Below, piece after piece: positions 17,758 through 24,621 of a stretch of 24,621 nucleotides of DNA. The translations under genes and the position numbers were made by a program. The DNA is from Promethearchaeota archaeon (GTDB lineage: Archaea > Asgardarchaeota > Thorarchaeia > Thorarchaeales > Thorarchaeaceae), in assembly GCA_048939765.1 (NCBI GenBank), contig JBHLPF010000014.1, positions 1-24,621 of the forward strand. The letters run 5' to 3'. The notes under the pieces were generated by a model, which saw only the letters and a program-made list of their open reading frames with translations, made no database searches and had not been told where the DNA came from. The stretch's first letter is position 1; each line of letters starts with the position of its first letter.

Positions 17758-19950
17758 ATGGGCCTGTTAAGTCCCGCAGAGATGATAGTTGCAAGGGTTG
17801 TTTCTCACAAGGACTATGAACGTGAGGTCCTTCTGGCCCTTCAGGCATTTGGGCGATTCGAATTCATTGATGTTACTCAACAAGCCGGTATTGTTGATGT
17901 CAAGAGGTCTAGAGATGAGGAAACCGTCTTTGTCGCTCTTGATAGAATCATGAAAGTGATTGACTCTCTTGGCCTTGAGTCTTCACGAAGGACAGGAAGT
18001 AGGATTGAGGTTGATGATCGCAGGATCACAGATTCTATTGCATACGTTTCCGAGGTCATCCAATCTGTAGAGCCTGAGCTTTTGGAAATTGACACAGAAT
18101 ACGCAGCTTCCAAGCTGGAGCTAGACAAGCAACGTGCAATCCGAGATGTTGCGCTATCCCTCAAACCGTTGGGTCTAGATCCTAGCAGGTTGGGAGCAAC
18201 AAACTTCACATTCACGACAGCCGGAGTGGTGCCAACCGGTCGCATTTCACAATTGGAATGGAGCCTCAAAGAAGTGACCGAGGATGCATTTGCGTTCAAA
18301 CAAATACCATTGAAGCGAGGTGTATCGGTAGCAACACTGAGTGTGTCCATTGAAAGGAGGGATGCTGTTGAGCGTATTCTTTCTGCAATGGAGTTCGAAT
18401 CGTTTGCAATGCCGGAAGGTGCAGAAGGGCATCCTGAGCGCGTTGTTGAACAAGCTGAACAGAAAATAGCAGAGCTTGAAGAGGAGATCTCAAGCTTCGA
18501 GGCACGCAAGCAAAACATTGCGCGTGAATGGGGCCCTAGAATCCTGGCAGCGTGGGAAATTCTATCTATTGAAATAACGCGAGTCGATGCCAAGAAATAC
18601 TTGGTCTACACAGAGCAGTCTGTAAAGGCATGGGGCTGGATTCCCGAAGGGACCGAAGAGGAGTTTGAAAAGATACTAGGAGAAACGACTGGTGCAGTCG
18701 TTGATATCAAGTTCGAGCATCCACATTTCGCGGAGCATGAGGCACCAACCTATCTTGATAACCCCTCATTCATGTCTCCAACAGAGGACGTGGTGATGGC
18801 ATTCGGGACGCCATCTCAACACGACTTAGATCCCACCAAAATCATGTTTCTTTCATTTCCCATAATCTTCGGATTTGTCTTTGCTGATATTGGTCAGGGC
18901 TTCCTGATTCTCCTACTTGGTCTGGCAGCTTGGCGGGCCAAGAGGCGTGGAGATGACTGGGGCCAAATCATGTCATACCTTCTGTCTGGGGCAGAAGGAC
19001 TCGTCCTGATGGGCATATTTGCCATGATTGGTGGATTTCTGTTTGGAAGTTTCTTTGGCGCAGAAACAGTGTTTGAGCCATTATGGCCCACTTTTGCTCA
19101 TTTCATAGATGATGGGCATGGCCATATGATTGCTAACCCATATAGAGCATCACACATGCTCAAACTCTCAATAGAGATTGGAGCGATTCACATCATTCTT
19201 GGAATCATCCTGAATATCTATACCAAGATCAAGCACCACGAACGCCGAGAAGCAATCGTGGGGATATCATATCTCATCCTTTACTACGGCTTCATCAACT
19301 TGCTTTTCGGAGTGAGCTATAGTAGTGTCAACGACTGGTTTAGCACTGCAGGTCAAGTCTATCTCTGGGTTCCAATAGCGGGTATTGGCTATGGAACTGG
19401 TAGTAATGGGGTGTATCTTGCATCTGGAATAGCGCCCCTGTACTTCTCACTGTTCACATTCATCGTGCCAATGATTATCATGGCCGTAGGCTCGTTCAAG
19501 GGAGGCATGGATGGCGCAGTACTGTTTCTGGAGTATGCAATAGGCATGATTAGCCACACTGTGAGCTATGCCCGTATCTTTGCATTGAATACTGTCCATG
19601 TCATCCTCAGTGGGGTCTTCTTCACACTCATTCCGGCCGTGATTTACATACCATTCCCCCATCTAACTCTCTTTGGAGTGGAACTAATCCCACATGAGGT
19701 TCATCCGCACACCCTTGGTGCTCCGGATACGCCACATCTACCTTTGTTGGGCGCTATCATTGGAACCTTCATCGTGGGCATTCTTGAGGGCTTGCTTGCT
19801 TTCATGCATACACTGAGGCTACACTTCGTGGAGTGGTTCAGCAAGTTCTTCCATGCAGGTGGTATTGCCTTTGCTCCATTCAAGGCTAATCGAATCCACA
19901 CTGTACCATTGGTGGCAGAGCAGACCCAGCAGAGTTATGCGGTCTCATAG
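17758..19950 (+). CDS. atpI: A/V-type ATP synthase subunit I (a)
   Basis: GWIP, APTYLDNP, DPT, FG..FADIGQG, SHTVSYARIFAL (essential Arg) and HTLRLHFVEWFSKF. SD AGGTGA precedes ATG 17758. Confidence 0.97.
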   Translation: MGLLSPAEMIVARVVSHKDYEREVLLALQAFGRFEFIDVTQQAGIVDVKRSRDEETVFVALDRIMKVIDSLGLESSRRTGSRIEVDDRRITDSIAYVSEVIQSVEPELLEIDTEYAASKLELDKQRAIRDVALSLKPLGLDPSRLGATNFTFTTAGVVPTGRISQLEWSLKEVTEDAFAFKQIPLKRGVSVATLSVSIERRDAVERILSAMEFESFAMPEGAEGHPERVVEQAEQKIAELEEEISSFEARKQNIAREWGPRILAAWEILSIEITRVDAKKYLVYTEQSVKAWGWIPEGTEEEFEKILGETTGAVVDIKFEHPHFAEHEAPTYLDNPSFMSPTEDVVMAFGTPSQHDLDPTKIMFLSFPIIFGFVFADIGQGFLILLLGLAAWRAKRRGDDWGQIMSYLLSGAEGLVLMGIFAMIGGFLFGSFFGAETVFEPLWPTFAHFIDDGHGHMIANPYRASHMLKLSIEIGAIHIILGIILNIYTKIKHHERREAIVGISYLILYYGFINLLFGVSYSSVNDWFSTAGQVYLWVPIAGIGYGTGSNGVYLASGIAPLYFSLFTFIVPMIIMAVGSFKGGMDGAVLFLEYAIGMISHTVSYARIFALNTVHVILSGVFFTLIPAVIYIPFPHLTLFGVELIPHEVHPHTLGAPDTPHLPLLGAIIGTFIVGILEGLLAFMHTLRLHFVEWFSKFFHAGGIAFAPFKANRIHTVPLVAEQTQQSYAVS

Positions 19951-19966
19951 GTTGAAACTGATCAGT

Positions 19967-22294
19967 CTACTGTCCACCGCCCATGTATAGTGCAGCAAGC
20001 ACTGCGTCGTCCTTCTCCATGGGGGCTTGGTTCAGCTCGATACGCTTGCTGTTGTCCCATATCGTTCGTGCCAGAAGGTCACTCGTCTTCGCCTTAGTGT
20101 CAACGCTTTGAGCCGCCTGTCCATCTCCACTCTGTTGGAATACTTGTGCGGCTACGGTGTAGTTGCCAACTGCCTCTCTGAGATAGTCATTCGCATCTGA
20201 GAAGTATTTCAAGGCACGTGACTTCTCGCCTTTCAACAGCTCAAACTCAGCCAAGAAATCGCTCTTTGCCCCTTCAAGTCTGCTCAGGTCTCCCCTGAAC
20301 TTCATGACCACCGCCTGTAGCTGGCTTACCTGCGCCTCGACATTGTTCTTGGTTCGTATTTCCTCCCCCTTGACACTGGCCAGTTCGTTTGCCGCTGATT
20401 CAAACGCAGCAAGAGTCTGTTTTATCCTCTTAATCGTGATGTCGTGGGCCTCCATTGCGCTATCAATCGAGTCTGAGTCTTCATCTTCCAATTGAGTGAG
20501 CTCATCAGATGCTACTTTGAAGAAATTGACACGCTCCATCTGGGAACGGAAAGCCCACTGCTCTGCCTGCCTGGAATAGACCTGAGCTTCTGAGGCATAT
20601 GATGTTGCTAGAGCCAGCTTGCCTAGGTCGGTCATTTCCCCAGCCACGGCAGTTTCTCCTATGACCTTGTAGTAGGATGAAGCCTCCATGGCATGAAGGT
20701 TCTCAAGTATTCTTGAGAGGATGAACCTCACTCCCTGCTGGAGCTTTGAGCTCTGCTGGAACTGAATCACATACTTGACATGATTGAGCAGTGCAATTGT
20801 CTTGTTCCTCAGGTCAGACACTTCATCGTCATCGGTCTCAAGGCTGAGAAGAATTCCCAAGGTGTCTAGGCCCTCACGTATTGCTTCTATTGCTTCTACG
20901 GGTGTGTCAGCCATATGTGCACTTGCATCATCAAGTGATTTGCTCACACTTTGTATCAATGAGGTCTTCCTGATCTGTTTAGCAAAGTTGATTTGTTCTG
21001 CAATACCACTTAGGTTGCTGATTTTTCGCTTCTTCAACTGATCCTCCACAAATGCAAACGTGGTAAGATCGGCTTTGATGGCTCCCGTGAGGTCTCTTGT
21101 CTTTGAGAGTTTCTCTGCTTTTCTAAGGTCTTTGAATATCTCCTTCAGAACAATCACTGATTCTTTCTTGTTGTTCATCAGAATGAGTTCCGATAGCGTC
21201 TTTACATTCGCCTCAGCCATGCAAAAGAGGGACTGTGCTTGCTTCTGCTCTTTATCAGCCATTGACTGAGTCGCGTTTGCTTGTAGCTGTAGTTCCTCCC
21301 TGAAGCATTTCTCTGCTCTTCCGAAGGCATCCGATGAAGTCTGGTAGAGTTTGGATGCATCCTCAAGATTGCCAGCTCTCATCTGAGCATCTGCAATGTC
21401 ATTGTAAGTCATTGCAAGATACACTTCACTCAGACCTGCTGTATTCTGCTTCCAAGATTTAATCAGCGATATCTTCTGCCTGTTTTCTTTTCTATTCTTG
21501 GTGAAATGCGGGAGTGACTCGTTATACAGGTCTGTTGCCTGCTCGAAGATGAAGGAACTAAGGATGTCGCGCCATATCAGCTCATCAAAGGGATTGAATG
21601 CCTGCCTGAATGTACTCTCCTTCCCTATCAGCTCATTGAGAAACTCATCGTAGAATTCGGCCTCCGCAGTCTTGTTGTTACCAAGAATCTGGGCAAGCTC
21701 TTTGTCCCCCTTCTTTCTCCCTTCACTCATCAGACTGTACGCCTTATGCCCGAGCGCCACGCGCCTCAACTTCTCTGTTCCATCTACCTTGGATGGCACT
21801 GCTGAGAAGGGTTTCTCAAGCATGGTGTATACTTCTGCAAGATGCCTAGAAGCACTCTTCATCTTATCTGGATGTTCGCTCTCGATGAAGGGGCCGCTGG
21901 CTGCTGCTGCTTGATGGAGCCACGCCATTACTTTGGCCATCCAAACATCAGCCTGCGTTTCCTGTGCTTTAGTGATCAGTTCCTTCAGAGCGTTTTCTAG
22001 CTGTTCCTTTGTGTCTCCTTCAGCATACTCAATTCTCTCTCGAAGGTAAGCAATGTCAAAATCCTCGCCCCGAATCTCCTCACTAAAAGTCGCTATTTCA
22101 TTGTACAGGTCTGTAAATGCATCATGCATTGCGATACGCTTCTTCTCTATGCCTTCCATGTCGTCAATGTCATGAAGCGCGAAGTCTCTGACTGCATCCT
22201 GTGCCTGAATGTTTAGATCATACAGCTTGCTAGTATAAACATCAATATCATCAGTGACGCTCTTCGCCTTGTCTTCGGGCTTGGTATTGATCAA
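19967..22294 (-). CDS. large all-alpha-helical hypothetical protein (TPR/SNAP-like solenoid segments)
   Basis: 775-aa ORF with a TTG start and SD GAGGGAGG. Ala/Leu/Glu/Lys-rich, low in Pro, no TM helix, no enzyme motif. TPR-like segments include IADAQMRAGNLEDASKLYQTS and LAEFELLKGEKSRALKYFSDA. Confidence 0.8.
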   Translation of the reverse strand: MINTKPEDKAKSVTDDIDVYTSKLYDLNIQAQDAVRDFALHDIDDMEGIEKKRIAMHDAFTDLYNEIATFSEEIRGEDFDIAYLRERIEYAEGDTKEQLENALKELITKAQETQADVWMAKVMAWLHQAAAASGPFIESEHPDKMKSASRHLAEVYTMLEKPFSAVPSKVDGTEKLRRVALGHKAYSLMSEGRKKGDKELAQILGNNKTAEAEFYDEFLNELIGKESTFRQAFNPFDELIWRDILSSFIFEQATDLYNESLPHFTKNRKENRQKISLIKSWKQNTAGLSEVYLAMTYNDIADAQMRAGNLEDASKLYQTSSDAFGRAEKCFREELQLQANATQSMADKEQKQAQSLFCMAEANVKTLSELILMNNKKESVIVLKEIFKDLRKAEKLSKTRDLTGAIKADLTTFAFVEDQLKKRKISNLSGIAEQINFAKQIRKTSLIQSVSKSLDDASAHMADTPVEAIEAIREGLDTLGILLSLETDDDEVSDLRNKTIALLNHVKYVIQFQQSSKLQQGVRFILSRILENLHAMEASSYYKVIGETAVAGEMTDLGKLALATSYASEAQVYSRQAEQWAFRSQMERVNFFKVASDELTQLEDEDSDSIDSAMEAHDITIKRIKQTLAAFESAANELASVKGEEIRTKNNVEAQVSQLQAVVMKFRGDLSRLEGAKSDFLAEFELLKGEKSRALKYFSDANDYLREAVGNYTVAAQVFQQSGDGQAAQSVDTKAKTSDLLARTIWDNSKRIELNQAPMEKDDAVLAALYMGGGQ

Positions 22295-22395
22295 TGCCTG
22301 CCTCCCTCGGCATATATGTGTACGAGCCCTATGGACAGCCGGCTGTACTTAAGAGTACCTAGTTCGCTAATGACGTACCACGCTAATGCATCTGT

Positions 22396-22773
22396 CTATT
22401 CCGGTCTCGCGCGGAATTTGATACTCCTACCGTCCCTATATTTGACGAGCTGTCCGTCCTCGACCAATCTGTTCAGAACTTCGCTTGTCCGAGAACGTGA
22501 TTTGCCCCACTTGTTAGCAAGCTCCGAGGCAGTAAGTCCTGAGGCCTTTCCTTGAAGAAGTCCAACAAGTCGAATCCAGCTAGCATCCCCCTCTATGACA
22601 CTTCCTTGGTCCTGTACTACCTTGTAAGACCCTGGCTCGACTTGAGGTTCCCTTCGGTTCTTGGTATCAGTGATTCTTGAACTCAAGACATTGACAGTCT
22701 TTCTGAGTTCCATGACTGTCTGTGTGAGTTCCTTGATCTCATCCATCAAATCATCGATATTAGGCTTAGGCAT
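22396..22773 (-). CDS. N-terminal coiled-coil plus C-terminal winged-helix DNA-binding protein
   Basis: Heptads IDDLMDEIKELTQTVMELRKTVNVLSSRI and wHTH GLTASELANKWGKSRSRTSEVLNRLVEDGQLVKYRDGRSIKF. Start moved to ATG 22773 (GGTGGGGAGG upstream). Confidence 0.85.
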   Translation of the reverse strand: MPKPNIDDLMDEIKELTQTVMELRKTVNVLSSRITDTKNRREPQVEPGSYKVVQDQGSVIEGDASWIRLVGLLQGKASGLTASELANKWGKSRSRTSEVLNRLVEDGQLVKYRDGRSIKFRARPE

Positions 22774-22786
22774 CCTCCCCACCCTT

Positions 22787-23140
22787 TCATGCATAATCTT
22801 TTCTAGACTCCTTATAATTGCGTTTCTTTCTTTTCTTCTCAACTTCTTCCTTGGTAGCTTCCACCTCAAAGGTGGGCTCTTCAATCGGTGTATAGTCTTC
22901 AAAGCCCTCCGTTTCATTGATGGGCATTGGAGGAAGCTGAATCTCTGTTATACAGTCCACATCTTCATCTAGAACATTCTCGGCCTCCGGCACTTCCTCC
23001 TCCATGCTCTCTTCTGTTGCTTCTGTATTCACAGCGCTAGCAAATTGTACTGAGGCATATTTCCCGTCCTGGCGTGTGTATTCCTCCAGGATATCTCGAG
23101 TCCTCTTAGAACAAATCATCTTCTTATGGCGGTACGTCAT
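22787..23140 (-). CDS. hypothetical protein with acidic, probably disordered core and basic termini
   Basis: 117-aa ORF fills the gap between the repeat array and the wHTH gene (13-nt spacer). Glu-rich middle; KKRKKRNYKESRKDYA tail. Confidence 0.6.
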   Translation of the reverse strand: MTYRHKKMICSKRTRDILEEYTRQDGKYASVQFASAVNTEATEESMEEEVPEAENVLDEDVDCITEIQLPPMPINETEGFEDYTPIEEPTFEVEATKEEVEKKRKKRNYKESRKDYA

Positions 23141-23151
23141 TCCAATCTCGC

Positions 23152-23194
23152 TCGACAATAATCAACAATAATCGACAACAATCGACAATCAACA
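23152..23194. repeat. 10-bp-period direct repeat array (TCRACAAYAA)
   Basis: TCGACAATAA TCAACAATAA TCGACAACAA TCGACAA TCAACA at 23152, 23162, 23172, 23182 and 23189. Confidence 0.9.
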
Positions 23195-23208
23195 CTTGAC
23201 TAATTCGC

Positions 23209-23220
23209 ATATAAGGTTTT
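23209..23220 (-). promoter_or_regulatory. putative BRE/TATA promoter of the acidic-protein/wHTH operon
   Basis: The minus strand reads AAAACCTTATAT. The expected start site about 25 nt downstream falls inside the repeat array. Confidence 0.6.
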
Positions 23221-23234
23221 ACTCACGTGAATGT

Positions 23235-24017
23235 TCACCTGGATACCATTGAACGGGCAAACGTCATGTATCCAGTGTGTCCGACCATCCATGTCGTAGG
23301 CCTGGTCTTTCCCTCTCTTACCATGATCTCTCTCTGAAGGACTTCAATCGTCTTGATCATTCCCCAATTCCCAGACTCACCTAATGCCTTGCAGGTCTTC
23401 ATGGATTGTTCAATCGTTGGACTGTAGCTTGTGAATATGTGACTTGGTTTCAGGACTCGATGGCAATCATCCACTGCCTCCCATGGTGTAGCTAGGTCAA
23501 GTACAACTGCATCGATATCCTTTTCCTCAATTCCATCCAAAAGGTCCTTGTGATGCATTGTCACGTTGTCTAAGAGCCCGTGACGTTTCAGGTTTCTCTC
23601 TGCACCCTTATACATGTCTTCACGAATCTCATAGGTATAGACATGTCCCGATTCACCAACAGCTCGTGCGAGAATGCCAGTGAGGGCTCCTGATCCCGTC
23701 CCGGCCTCAACCACTCTGGAGCCTGAAACAATCCCTGCCTCAATGAGGATTGTACCCGCGTCTTTTGGATAAATGATCTGGGTGTTCCTTCCCATTGCAA
23801 TCTGGATGTCAGTCTGAGTTGGTCGATGAACTTGGAAGACATTTCCTGAGTGGCTCTCAATTCTGCGGCCAAATGCCCCCCCAATCAAGTCATCATATTG
23901 GATGATTCCTTTGTTTGAGTGGAAGGCATCTCCGGCTTTGACCTTCCTGATCCAATTTCTCTTTGCATCTAGGAAGATATAGACGAAATCACCATCTTGG
24001 ATAAGGTCGTCGGGCAT
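23235..24017 (-). CDS. trmI: tRNA (adenine57/58-N1)-methyltransferase TrmI
   Basis: RNTQIIYPKD, VVEAGTGSGAL, TYEIR, DAVVLDLATPW, YSPTIEQ and TRP...MVGHTGY. Confidence 0.96.
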   Translation of the reverse strand: MPDDLIQDGDFVYIFLDAKRNWIRKVKAGDAFHSNKGIIQYDDLIGGAFGRRIESHSGNVFQVHRPTQTDIQIAMGRNTQIIYPKDAGTILIEAGIVSGSRVVEAGTGSGALTGILARAVGESGHVYTYEIREDMYKGAERNLKRHGLLDNVTMHHKDLLDGIEEKDIDAVVLDLATPWEAVDDCHRVLKPSHIFTSYSPTIEQSMKTCKALGESGNWGMIKTIEVLQREIMVREGKTRPTTWMVGHTGYMTFARSMVSR

Positions 24018-24087
24018 GACTGGTCACCAATACTGATTGCGTTTTGAGTGTTGCGAGTGGTGGGTTTATGCAGACGCGCCAAGCTAC

Positions 24088-24098
24088 AAACCTTTATT
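24088..24098 (+). promoter_or_regulatory. putative BRE/TATA promoter of the HerA-like ATPase
   Basis: AAACCTTTATT about 35 nt upstream of TTG 24133. Confidence 0.5.
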
Positions 24099-24132
24099 CG
24101 ATTTCAGAAGGGGCTTGCATTGAGGGAGTCAT

Positions 24133-24621
24133 TTGAACGAGCACCACCACAATGAAGACCCTACGGCCCCATTCGAAATCAAAGAGGAAGACCAAAGGCC
24201 AGTTGATCTCATACCTAAGTCCACATTGCAGTATCATCCACGAGTCGGAGATCCATTGGACCTATTGGTTGATATGGGATCCGGTGTGATTGTAGGTCGG
24301 TCGGAGTCATTCCATGAGAAGTACCCGAACGCAGGCCTAGGCATGCTGGGTGCAGTGACCGAAACAAGCGATGATGTTCTCACCTCTCTTTTCGGGATGC
24401 CTGTCCAGCTTGACTTTGTAAGCCCTCACGTAATGCTGGTGGCAGGAAAGAGAGGATCTGGAAAGAGCTATACACTTGGAATCATCGCAGAGGAGCTCGC
24501 TCTCGCCATGGAGCGAAAGGAGATCGAAGTTGCAGGTGTCGTCATAGATACAGTGGATGTGTTTAGACAGAGTGTAGAGCCTAATGAGGACCAAGTCGAT
24601 CTACTTGAGAAATGGGGCATG
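24133..24621 (+). CDS. 3'-truncated HerA/FtsK-superfamily (DUF87-type) P-loop ATPase
   Basis: Absent from the ORF track because there is no stop in the window. Manual translation from TTG 24133 (SD GAGGGAG): MNEHHHNEDP...VQLDFVSPHVMLVAGKRGSGKSYTLGIIAEEL...VVIDTVDVF...LLEKWGM. Walker A GKRGSGKS. Confidence 0.88.
   Translation, partial: MNEHHHNEDPTAPFEIKEEDQRPVDLIPKSTLQYHPRVGDPLDLLVDMGSGVIVGRSESFHEKYPNAGLGMLGAVTETSDDVLTSLFGMPVQLDFVSPHVMLVAGKRGSGKSYTLGIIAEELALAMERKEIEVAGVVIDTVDVFRQSVEPNEDQVDLLEKWGM

Noticed and set aside
16592-18593. Long antisense ORFs (16592..17269, 17273..17554, 17877..18593) and similar shadows over pyk, eno, the kinase and 18..620
   Set aside because: They are Ser-rich mirror frames of well-supported genes with no recognisable motifs.
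23152-23194. Repeat array as a CRISPR or mini-CRISPR
   Set aside because: Units are 10 bp with no spacers, and there are no cas genes in the window.
24337-24594. 85-aa minus-strand ORF
   Set aside because: It is the antisense shadow of the HerA-like ATPase on the plus strand.

Overview
A gene-dense archaeal chromosomal segment, most likely from an Asgard archaeon of the Thorarchaeia type. This is inferred from the A/V-type ATPase subunits, archaeal ApgM and TrmI, TATA-like promoters, and a surface protein with a Thorarchaeia-style Ig-like repeat plus C-terminal TM anchor. Left to right it carries: a 5'-truncated surface protein; a lower-glycolysis cluster (pyk divergent from eno-apgM); a Cys-rich 4Fe-4S protein; an atypical peptide deformylase; a 1005-aa UPF0182-like membrane protein; an SDR epimerase; a GIY-YIG nuclease; a glycerol-kinase-like FGGY kinase convergent with a LarA-family nickel-pincer enzyme; a strand-scrambled membrane/stator A/V-ATPase locus (C, K, E, H, I, with no A/B/D/F) preceded by an AtpZ-like gene and an unknown 4-TM gene; an uncharacterised minus-strand block (10-bp phased repeat array, acidic protein, coiled-coil/winged-helix protein, 775-aa helical-solenoid protein); trmI; and a 3'-truncated HerA/DUF87-type ATPase missed by the ORF track. 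I saw no rRNA, tRNA, CRISPR array or mobile element. The best candidates for new biology are the repeat-array/wHTH/solenoid block and the putative ATPase assembly factors.
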